Source: an uncultured Chloroflexia bacterium
Lineage (GTDB): Bacteria > Chloroflexota > Limnocylindria > Limnocylindrales > CSP1-4
DNA length: 64,000 bases
Direction: 5' to 3'
Assembly (NCBI GenBank): GCA_963772995.1
Contig: CAVYZQ010000004.1
Span: 15,359 to 79,358 of the forward strand
The notes beneath the pieces were generated by a model, which saw nothing but the letters and a program-made list of their open reading frames with translations, searched no databases and was not told where the DNA came from. The translations under genes and the position numbers were made by a program. This document shows positions 50,298 through 58,397 of the stretch, piece after piece. Numbering within the stretch: the first letter of the stretch is position 1; the number at the start of each line of letters is the position of its first letter.

Positions 50298-51663
50298 TCA
50301 GACCAGGCTGTCGTCGTACTCCAGCGGCGCCCTTGCGACGAGGTCGCGCAACCACCAACCGCTGTCCTTGACGATCCGGCGCAGGTCGTGATCGAAGTCG
50401 ACCCACACGACGCCGAACCGTTGCGTGTAGCCGGCCGCCCATTCGAAGTTGTCGAGCAGCGACCAGACGAGGTACCCGCGCACGTCGCAACCGTCGTCGA
50501 TCGCGCGGGCCAGCTGTCCGATGTGCCCGCTGAGGTAGTCGACCCGATCCGCGTCGTGAACGCGCCCGTCGGCGTCCCGGCGCAGTGGCCTCGGCGCAGC
50601 CGTTCTCCGTGATGTAGATGGGCGGATGCCCGTAGTCCCGGTCGAAGCGCATGACGAGACGGTGCAGAGCCGCGGGCCACACCTCCCAGCCGAAGGACGT
50701 TTTGCGGCCGGGCCCGTCGAGGAGGCGCGTCCCGTGGCGCTGGTTCGCCGGGTCGGCGGCCACGATGGCGCGCGAGTACATGTTCAGTGCGATGAAGTCG
50801 AAGGTGCTGGCCATCGACTCCATGTCCCCGGGCCGGATGTCCATCTTCGCGAGCGCCGCGTCCTGGTCGAGAAACGCCACCGGGTAGGTGCCGCGCACCA
50901 GGGGATCGAGGAACCAGGCGTTGACCAGGGCGTGGTGGCGCTCGGCTGCCGCGAGGTCTTCGGCGTCCTCGGACGCGGGGTATGCGACCGCGGTGTTGAA
51001 CGCCGACCCGACCGCCGCGTGCGAGGCGGCCGCCCGAGCCGCGCGGATGCCCTCGGCGTGGGCCAGGTTCACGACATGGCCGACCCGGAGCGCGAGGTCC
51101 GGGTCGCGGATGCCCGGGGCGTGCGTGCCGTCATGGTGGCCCTCCCTGACGAAGACCTCGGGCTCGTTGAGCACGGTCCACGTCGCGACCCGGTCGCCCA
51201 GGCTCCGCACGACCGCATCGACGTACTCGGCGAAGCGCCCGATGACGGCGCGATCGGCCCACCCACCGGCGTCCTGGACCCACTGCGGGAGGTCCCAGTG
51301 GTAGAGCGTCGGATACGGGACGATGTCGTGAGCCAGAAGCTCGTCCACCAGCCGGTCATAGTGGTCGAGGCCCGACTGGTTGACCTTGCCGGAGACATCG
51401 GGGACCACCCTCGACCACGCGATGCTGAACCGATAGGCACCGAGACCGAGCTGGCGAAGGAGGGCGATGTCGTCGGGATAGCGGTGGTATTGGTCGCACG
51501 CCACGTCGCCGGTCGAGCCATCCAGGATCGTCCCGGGCGTATGGGTGAACCGGTCCCAGATCGATTCGCTCTTGCCGTCTTCTTTCCGGGCGCCCTCGAC
51601 CTGGTAGGCGGACGTCGCCGCTCCCCAGACGAAGCCGGCCGGGAAGGTCGCGGTTCTCAGCAT
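50298..51663 (-). CDS. GH1 beta-glucosidase, 1-2 frameshifts near the C-terminal ITENG region
   Basis: From ATG 51663: FPAGFVWGAATSAYQVEGA, YRFSIAWSRV, TLYHWDLPQ, WTVLNEPEV and PIYITENGCAE (ORF 49990..51723). The sequence then continues DADRVDYL...VRGYLVWSLLDNFEWAAGYTQRFG (ORF 50298..50483). Confidence 0.85.
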
Positions 51664-51856
51664 GTGGGGGAGCCTCCTTGGGCACGGATCGCCGCGCGCG
51701 TCTCGCCGGATTCGTTGCGCCAATGGTCCGTCATCGGGACGAGCCGAGTCACGTCAGGCGGACATCGACGTCCATAACGGCTGCCCCGGGAACCTTGGCC
51801 TCCGCCGTGCCTTCCGACGCGTACTCTGAGGTCCGGCATCCGCGGGGAGGCATCAC

Positions 51857-52480
51857 GTGAACGGGACCGCGCTGGCGGCCGCACGGCTGGCGTTCGATCG
51901 GATCATCGTCGAGCCCACGCCGGCGGACTTGTGGCAACTCCAGAAGGCGCTCCTCGTCATCGGCGGCGAGCCCGCAGCACGCGGACGCGTGGTCGCGCGG
52001 GCCTTCCATGCCTGCCTCCGCGACCTCGAGAGCAAGTCCGCGTCGCGCGCATCCAGTCGCTGGGGTGCCGTCCTCGGCACCGCTGCCGTCGCCGCCGTCA
52101 GTCTCGGCGACATCGCCGACAGGCAGGAGGACGGGTTGGGCCGCCTGCTGCAGAGTGGCTTGCCGGCCATGCTCGAGATCGGCTCCGCGGTCAAGACCGC
52201 CCAGGCATGGGAGCTCGAGGCCGGGCTGATCTACGACGACCTGGCCTGGTTCCTGTACGAGGAACTCTGGGACGTCTCCACTCTCGCTCGACCCGGGCTT
52301 TCGCCCGCCGAGCGCCGCGACCAGATCGACAAGGTCCTCGATCCTCTGCTCGATGCGGCAGTTTCCGACGGCGAGCGAGCGAGTCTCGTGGTCGATCTCT
52401 TCCGGGCAGTGCTGGCGGCACGCCTCGTCCCGCTGTTCGACGGTCTGCCGCGCGACAGCCAGCCGGTGACCCCCGACTGA
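51857..52480 (+). CDS. Hypothetical, predicted all-helical protein
   Basis: Intact ORF of 207 aa with a GTG start and coding-like composition. I recognise no motif. Confidence 0.5.
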   Translation: MNGTALAAARLAFDRIIVEPTPADLWQLQKALLVIGGEPAARGRVVARAFHACLRDLESKSASRASSRWGAVLGTAAVAAVSLGDIADRQEDGLGRLLQSGLPAMLEIGSAVKTAQAWELEAGLIYDDLAWFLYEELWDVSTLARPGLSPAERRDQIDKVLDPLLDAAVSDGERASLVVDLFRAVLAARLVPLFDGLPRDSQPVTPD

Positions 52481-52548
52481 CCGGCGACCGGGCGACCGGC
52501 GGCGACCGGCGAGGACGCCCCGGACGGCCCGGACGGCCTCGACCAGCG

Positions 52549-53199
52549 TCAGGAGGTCGCGTCGGGCTCCGGCGCGTAGAACATCGTCGTGTTCGCGACG
52601 GCGCGGGCCGCCTCGTCAGGATCTGCGCCCGCCGCGACATGTGCCGTGCCCCACGCCTGGCTGCTCCTGGTCGCGAAATCTCGACCCTCCGCGGAGAGCT
52701 GCCAGGCGATCGGGTCTTCGAGGGCACCGCCGCGCAGGTGAAGGGCCAGCCCGAGCAGGCCACCCTCCCAGCCCACGCCCACGGCGCCGGGGCCGTATTG
52801 GTCCCAGAACTCGTCGGGCACGATCGCGACGTGCTCCAGCACCAGGACGGTCGCGTCGTCGCCGGCCGGAGAGAGCCGCACCTCGACCTCGGAGATGTCG
52901 CGGTCGCTCGCCGGCTCACCCAGGACCCACGTCGCGCGCAATCGGTTCGGCCGGTCGCAGGCAAGGATGGTCCCGCCGGCGTTGCCCTCGAACTGGTAAT
53001 GCCCGCCGATCCGGTAGTCGCCGCTCACCGGCAGGAACCAGCGCCCGATGCGCTCCGGGTCCGTGAGGGCATCCCAGACGTCCTCGATCGGGGCGTCGTA
53101 TGTCCGCCGGAGTCGGACGGCCCTCCCCTCCCCCGCCGGGATCCGGCCCTCGCCGAGCTCGCGCTGGACCTGGCCGATCTCGTTGGCGATGTCGATCAT
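52549..53199 (-). CDS. SRPBCC / AHSA1-type (START-like) protein
   Basis: From ATG 53199: RTYDAPIEDVWDALTDPERIGRWF...GGHYQFEGNAGGTILACDRPNRLRATW...VLEH. This is the usual partner of ArsR regulators. The start overlaps the ArsR stop (ATGA). Confidence 0.75.
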   Translation of the reverse strand: MIDIANEIGQVQRELGEGRIPAGEGRAVRLRRTYDAPIEDVWDALTDPERIGRWFLPVSGDYRIGGHYQFEGNAGGTILACDRPNRLRATWVLGEPASDRDISEVEVRLSPAGDDATVLVLEHVAIVPDEFWDQYGPGAVGVGWEGGLLGLALHLRGGALEDPIAWQLSAEGRDFATRSSQAWGTAHVAAGADPDEAARAVANTTMFYAPEPDATS

Positions 53200-53564
53200 G
53201 GTGCGGTCTCCCTTGTGAGGTCGGTGCTCGCGGCGCGCAAGCGACGCTCTCGCTTGCCACGGGCAAGCTCCGTCTCGAGCGAATCCAGGCGCTGCTCCCA
53301 GAACCCGCGGAACCGGTCGAGCCATCGGTCGACGTCGTGGAGCGGCTCCGATCCGACGGCGTACAGCCGCCTCGTGCCGTCCGGGCGAACCGTCGCGAAC
53401 CCGCTGTCCCGGAGGACCTTGAGATGCTGCGACACCGCCGGCTGCGAGATCCCGAACTCGGCCTGGATGACGGCCGTGATGGCGCCCGAAGCCGATTCAC
53501 CCTCGGCGAGGAGCTCGAGGATCCGGCGCCTGACCGGATCGCCTAGGACATCGAACGCGTGCAT
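53196..53564 (-). CDS. ArsR/SmtB-family transcriptional regulator
   Basis: Intact ORF: FDVLGDPVRRRILELLAEGESASGAITAVIQAEFGISQPAVSQHLKVLRDSGFATVRPDGTRRLYAV. Confidence 0.9.
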   Translation of the reverse strand: MHAFDVLGDPVRRRILELLAEGESASGAITAVIQAEFGISQPAVSQHLKVLRDSGFATVRPDGTRRLYAVGSEPLHDVDRWLDRFRGFWEQRLDSLETELARGKRERRLRAASTDLTRETAP

Positions 53565-53585
53565 CTCCGCGACGATACAAGGTTC

Positions 53586-53599
53586 GACTTATATAAGTC
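53586..53599. promoter_or_regulatory. Perfect 14-bp AT-rich palindrome, candidate ArsR operator / -10 region
   Basis: GACTTATATAAGTC lies 22 nt upstream of the ArsR start codon (53564). It is in an otherwise GC-rich 88-nt intergenic gap. Confidence 0.55.
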
Positions 53600-53652
53600 A
53601 AGAACGTTATTCGGCGGGTCTCCCTGTACGGGACGCGGGCGGCCTTCGCGGG

Positions 53653-54666
53653 CTACCCGACGCCCTGCAGGTCTCGGAGCGCGATCGCACGTCCCTGTTC
53701 GGCTGAGGCGTACGCCCCGAGGATGACCTTGAGCACGTTGATGCCCTCGACCTCGGTGTTGAGCGGCCGACGCCCCTCGCGGAGGCACGCCACGAAGTCG
53801 ATGACAGCGAGGGGGATCGTCTCGATCTTCTCGTGGGGCGGCGCGAGAAGCTGGATGACCTCGCCGCCGCGTGGCCGGTGGTAGAGGGCCTGACCATCGC
53901 TCCACAGGCTGCCGGCTTCGCCGACCACCGAGAACTTCTCCATGGAGTCAGGAGGCTGGTACGCCCAGCTCGTCGTCAGCGTTCCGATCGAGTCGTCGGC
54001 GAAACGGACGATGACCTGGGCCGAGTCTTCGCCCTCGAGGAAGGTCAGCCGGTGACGGGCCAGCATCGCGACGACCTCGACCGGCTCGCTTTCGACCAGG
54101 TTGAGCAGGAGGTACGTCGGGTGGTAGCCGGTGTCGATGAGCTCGCCGCCTCCACTCGTCGAGCGCTGCCCGCGCCACCCGATGGTCTCGGGTTTCAGGT
54201 TGTTGTAGAAGCTGTCGGTCGTCCTGGCCTCGTAGATCGTCCCGAGAAGGCCCTCGCGCACGAGCCTGCGCGCCTCCGCGACGGCCGGCAGGTAGAGCTG
54301 GTTGTGGGAGCACATCAGCGTGATGCCGGCGGCCGTGACTGCCTCCTGAACCCGTTGCGCCTCCTCCATCGTCAGGCACAGCGGCTTCTCGCACAGGATC
54401 TGCTTGCCCGCCTCGGCCGCCGCGACGATCGCTTCGGCATGAAGGTGATGGGGAAGGCAGATGTCCACGGCATCGACGTCGGCGGACGCGAGCAGGTCTC
54501 GATAGTCGAGGTGGACGCTGGCGCCGCCTGCGCGCGCGGCGAGGCCTTCGGCATGCTCGCGGTCGACGTCGGCGATCGCGGTGATGGTCGCCGCCTCGGG
54601 TGCCGCGAGGTAGCCCCTTACGTGCGCGCCGGCGATCGACCCCGCGCCGATGATGCCGATCCTCAC
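53653..54666 (-). CDS. Gfo/Idh/MocA-family NAD(P)-dependent oxidoreductase
   Basis: VRIGIIGAGSIAGAH (Rossmann), DAVDICLPHHLH, ILCEKPL, and a C-terminal alpha/beta domain, all within ORF 53653..54900. The start is GTG 54666 or ATG 54705. Confidence 0.85.
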   Translation of the reverse strand: MRIGIIGAGSIAGAHVRGYLAAPEAATITAIADVDREHAEGLAARAGGASVHLDYRDLLASADVDAVDICLPHHLHAEAIVAAAEAGKQILCEKPLCLTMEEAQRVQEAVTAAGITLMCSHNQLYLPAVAEARRLVREGLLGTIYEARTTDSFYNNLKPETIGWRGQRSTSGGGELIDTGYHPTYLLLNLVESEPVEVVAMLARHRLTFLEGEDSAQVIVRFADDSIGTLTTSWAYQPPDSMEKFSVVGEAGSLWSDGQALYHRPRGGEVIQLLAPPHEKIETIPLAVIDFVACLREGRRPLNTEVEGINVLKVILGAYASAEQGRAIALRDLQGVG

Positions 54667-54676
54667 CCGTCCGTCC

Positions 54677-55709
54677 TCATCCACCTCGTGCTGGCGCCTC
54701 CGCATCCTGGGCGGCGGGTCCCGGCTCGAGTGCCACCTCTCTGCCCGTCTGCGCCGATCGATTCGCCGCGTCGACCAGCACCGTGAGGTCGAGCGCCAGG
54801 GCGATGTTCTCGGTCGCGCTCGTGCCCTCGACGATGTGGCCCACCCACTGCCGGAAGGGCGACGGCGCCGAATCGGGGATCGGGATCTCGGTCCACGCAT
54901 CCCGGTCGGCGTTGGTGTCGCTGACGAGCAGGCGCGGCTCGGGCGTGCCGTAGAGCAGGCTTCCGCGTGTCCCGTGGACCTCGATGCTGAACGGCGAGCG
55001 CGGGTTGACGAAGCCGGTCTCGGCGATGCCGAGACCTCCGGTCGAGCGACGCAGGGTCACCACGGCGTTGTCCTCGACCGCGCGATCGGTGACGTGCCCG
55101 TATGCGGCGGAGACCGCCTCGGGCATGCCGCCGAGGAAAAGACGGGTCAGGTAGAGCGGATGGCAGCCCAGGTCCGCCAGGGCACCTCCACCTGCCTCGA
55201 CGGGATCGAAGAACTGGTCGGGGAGCCAGCGGCGGCCCACGGCGCCGTCGTGCGAGAGCCGGCAGCGCACCAGGGTCACCTCCCCGAGGCGGCCCGACCC
55301 CAGCAGCTCCCGGATCGCGATCGTATAGCCGTGAGCGAGCCTCGGAAGCGAGACCGTGAGCGTGACCCCGTTGGCATCGACCGTGTCGACGATGCGCCTG
55401 GCATCGGCCGGAGTGAGGGCCAGCACCTTCTCGGTGAAGACGTGCTTTCCCGGCCTCTGCCGCGGCCGTGATCACCTCGGGGTGGGCGCTCGTCCTGGTG
55501 GTGACGATGACGCCGTCGACGTCGTCCCGGGCGAGGAGCTCGGCAAGGTCGTCGTGGAACACGACACCGAGATCCGCCGCGCGGGCGCGCCCGCGGCCTG
55601 CGTCGTCGTCCCAGGCGGCCACCAGCTCCACGTCGGGATGCGCCTGCGCTTCGGCCGCATAGTCCTTGGCGTGCACGTGCCAGAAACCCAGGATGGCGAC
55701 TCGGATCAT
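54677..55709 (-). CDS. Gfo/Idh/MocA-family oxidoreductase (second copy), 1 frameshift
   Basis: MIRVAILGFWHVHAKDYA...DGVIVTTRTSAHPEVITAAAEAGK is in ORF 54663..55709. After a shift near 55440 come HVFTEKVLA and the C-terminal domain (ORF 54677..55426). Confidence 0.8.
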
Positions 55710-55725
55710 GGGCGAACGAGATCCA

Positions 55726-56481
55726 TCAGACCTGGGTCCGGAAGCTGAACTGGTGCGGGATCACGAGGACGTACTTGCCGGCCAGCCCGGGGTTGGACGA
55801 CGACGACCGACGGGGCACGAACTGGCGTCCCAGCGCCCCGACACTGAGGGCCGTGCCTGGCGCCGGGCTCGCTCCCCAGACACTCGAACCGCGCGGGTAG
55901 AGCGGGTCCTCGACGATCGCCGCGGTAACCCGGGCGCCGCCGCGAAGTGGGTCGGCGGTGGCGTGGAAGCCGCTCATCACCCAGGCGTGGCGGCCCCGCC
56001 ACATGAGCAATCCGACTGGCTTGCCGGTCGTGCGCATCGCGATGGCAGCCATCTGCATGGCTTCATCGATCGTGTCGGTCCCGACCACCAGATACGGTCC
56101 CGCGCCGGCGAGATTGAGCCCTGCCGCCCACCCGACGACGCTCGCGCCCTGGCGCTCGCGGCCTGGCGGTCGAGGCGGGCTCCAGGCCCTGGCGATGTTC
56201 TGGAGCCGGAGCTGTGTGCTCGCGGATCCGTCGGCACCGGGCTCGAGCATGTTGAGCATCATCTGCATGCTCGCGCCGACGCACTGGACGAGATTGGTCT
56301 GGGACACGAAGTCCGAGCGCTTGCCGAGGTCGTAGACGTACGGCTTCGTCGCCGCGGTCGCTCCGGACGGGACAAGGGCGAGGATCAGGACACAGACGAC
56401 GAGGACGCGGGCCCAGCGGACCGCGGCCCAGGCCGAGACGCGCGGCCGTCGATGCAGCATCGTGAAAGGATACGACCGCAC
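55726..56481 (-). CDS. Secreted/anchored protein with a papain-like (C39-like) cysteine-peptidase signature
   Basis: The N-terminal anchor is WARVLVVCVLILALVPSGATA. SQTNLVQCVGASMQMMLN is a candidate Q..C nucleophile motif and WRGRHAWVMSGF a candidate His. This is a pattern-level call only. Confidence 0.5.
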   Translation of the reverse strand: MRSYPFTMLHRRPRVSAWAAVRWARVLVVCVLILALVPSGATAATKPYVYDLGKRSDFVSQTNLVQCVGASMQMMLNMLEPGADGSASTQLRLQNIARAWSPPRPPGRERQGASVVGWAAGLNLAGAGPYLVVGTDTIDEAMQMAAIAMRTTGKPVGLLMWRGRHAWVMSGFHATADPLRGGARVTAAIVEDPLYPRGSSVWGASPAPGTALSVGALGRQFVPRRSSSSNPGLAGKYVLVIPHQFSFRTQV

Positions 56482-56518
56482 TGGCCGACTGGTTCCGGTC
56501 GCGGCGGAGAGCTCCCTG

Positions 56519-58300
56519 CTATCCCGCGCCGATGGCCTCGACAGTCACGCTGATCGTCGAGGTCCCGGACGTGATGACAAGGTGCCCGACATTCGTGCCG
56601 GCGGACAATCGCGTGCGGTCCACGGTCACCTGGACGGTGAACGGCGTTCCGGGTGTCAAGGCCCCCGAAGCTGGCTTGGCGCTCAACCATTCCTGGTCCG
56701 CGACGATACCGAACGGCACATGGCCGCGACAGCGGGAGGCGGTGATGGTCAGTGGTTTCTGCGTCGCCGTCGAGCCGAAGAGGACCGGATTCGGTGAGGC
56801 GACGAGAGACGGCGAGCAGGCCGGTGTGGCAGTCGGAGTCGGAGTCGGACGTCGGAGTCGGACGTCGGACGTCGGCGTCGGCGTCGGACGCGGACTCGGC
56901 GTCGGAGTCGGCGTCGACTTCGGTGGCAGCGTGGCAGGTCGCGGCGTCGCTGCCCGTGCCGGCGGTCGAGGTGAGGGCGTCGAGACCAGCGACGCTGTCG
57001 GAGTTGGTGGGGTCGGGCCGGTGAGCCCCGTCGACGTCGGCGACGGCGCACCCGGCGCATCGGCGATCACCGTTGATGTCGGCGACGGCGAGCCCGGCTG
57101 ATCCGCAAGCGCCGGCGCCGATGACGGAGGGGCGGCCGCCGGGGTTGGAGACGAGCCGGCTCCTCCGCCAAGCGCGTTTGTGGCCGATGCCGTCGGATCG
57201 CCGGCACCGTTGGCGTCGGCAAGGACGACGGACTCGCTCTCCGTCGCCCCCGCTTGGCTCGTCCCCGGCGCCGACCATGCGAACCGGACGAAGAGCACCG
57301 ATCCGAGGGCGAGCAGGATCAGCACGAGCACTGACGACCCGATCTTCCGCCACGAGTACGTGGTCGTCGGCAGTGCGCCGGGCTGAACGACCTCCGTCGG
57401 TGCCGAAGGGGGCCAGACCCCCGGCGCGGGCCCCGATACCGACGCCGACCCTGAACCCTCGTTCACGCGCCCGATCGGATGGCCAGCGCGATAGGCGACA
57501 GCGACGGCGTCGGTGATCCGGGCACGCGCGTCCGGCGCGAGCACGAGCGGCGTGAACCCGCCGAGGATCGCGAACGGCGAGGCGAGAGTCCGGCGTCGCT
57601 CGTTGCAGACCGCGCAGCCTGCCGTATGTCGATCGATCGCCCGGCGAACCTCCGGCGTCAGCTCGTCGGTCGCGAGCCCGGCGAGCACGGCGTCCAATTC
57701 CCGGCAACGCCGGAACGGCTGGCGCAGGAGGGCCAGCGCACCGATCGCCTCCTGAAGGGTGCGCTTCATCCGGTTGACCATGACGTAGGCGTTGTTCGTC
57801 GATACCCCGAGGACTGCAGCTAGCTCGGCGCCGCTGAAGCCCTGCCGGACGTTGAGATCGAGCACTGAGTACTGCCGTGGCTCGAGGGCCCGGGCGGCGT
57901 CCCAGACCAGCGCCGCGAGTCGCCGCGCCTCGAATGCCTCCTCCGGATCGCCGAAGCGGTTCGTGTCGACGACGTCGAACCCGGTCGCGTCCTCCTCTGA
58001 CCCCGCCCGGGCATCGAGCGGCTGGACACGACTCGCCTTCTCGAGGCGGTTGAGCGCCGTGTTCCTTGCGATGGTGAACACCCAGCCCTTGAAGCTCGCG
58101 CCACTCGAGAGGCCGCCGAGCCCGGTCATGGCCTTGATGAAGGTGTCCTGGGCGATGTCGGCCGCCTCGGCGCGGTCGTGGACGAGCCGGGTCAGGAAGT
58201 CGACGACGCGGTCGAAGTACCGCTCGTACAGCTCCGACATCGCGTCCTGGTCGCCCCCGGCAGCACGGCCGACGAGGTCTTCGTCCGTGTTCATCCCCAT
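56519..58300 (-). CDS. ECF sigma factor fused in one ORF to a ZAS-type anti-sigma domain, a TM helix, a Pro/Thr/Ser-rich linker and an Ig/BACON-like extracytoplasmic domain
   Basis: The gene lies in ORF 56519..59068 from ATG 58300/58294. Region 2 is ELYERYFDRVVDFL..IAQDTFIKAM..FKGWVFTIARNTALN. Region 4 is QYSVLDLNVRQGFSGAELAAVLGVSTNNAYVMVNRMKRTL. Twelve aa later comes CRELDAVLAG..DRHTAGCAVCNERR (HxxxCxxC). The TM is IGSSVLVLILLALGSVLFVRFAW. A PTPS-rich stretch of about 150 aa follows. The C-terminal beta domain is NPVLFGSTATQKPLTITA..TVQVTVDRTRLSAGTNVGHLVITSG. Confidence 0.8.
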   Translation of the reverse strand: MGMNTDEDLVGRAAGGDQDAMSELYERYFDRVVDFLTRLVHDRAEAADIAQDTFIKAMTGLGGLSSGASFKGWVFTIARNTALNRLEKASRVQPLDARAGSEEDATGFDVVDTNRFGDPEEAFEARRLAALVWDAARALEPRQYSVLDLNVRQGFSGAELAAVLGVSTNNAYVMVNRMKRTLQEAIGALALLRQPFRRCRELDAVLAGLATDELTPEVRRAIDRHTAGCAVCNERRRTLASPFAILGGFTPLVLAPDARARITDAVAVAYRAGHPIGRVNEGSGSASVSGPAPGVWPPSAPTEVVQPGALPTTTYSWRKIGSSVLVLILLALGSVLFVRFAWSAPGTSQAGATESESVVLADANGAGDPTASATNALGGGAGSSPTPAAAPPSSAPALADQPGSPSPTSTVIADAPGAPSPTSTGLTGPTPPTPTASLVSTPSPRPPARAATPRPATLPPKSTPTPTPSPRPTPTPTSDVRLRRPTPTPTATPACSPSLVASPNPVLFGSTATQKPLTITASRCRGHVPFGIVADQEWLSAKPASGALTPGTPFTVQVTVDRTRLSAGTNVGHLVITSGTSTISVTVEAIGAG

Positions 58301-58321
58301 CGCCAGTCTCGGGCATCGGTC

Positions 58322-58347
58322 AACGGGGAGATGGCTTGTAAGGATTC
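58322..58347 (-). promoter_or_regulatory. Possible ECF-type promoter upstream of the sigma gene (GAATCC-N16-CGTT)
   Basis: The reverse strand reads cGAATCC ttacaagccatctccc CGTT, which ends 21 nt before ATG 58300. It resembles GGAAC-N16/17-CGT(T) ECF promoters, but the -35 element is degenerate. Confidence 0.25.
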
Positions 58348-58397
58348 GGCGGCTCGGTGGTCGTACCCATGACGGCACCCGTACAGGAGCACCGAGC

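Noticed and set aside
51931-53706. 591-aa + strand ORF
   Set aside because: It is out of frame with the hypothetical gene 51857..52480 and antisense to the well-supported SRPBCC and ArsR genes. Its composition is Arg/Pro/Gly-rich.
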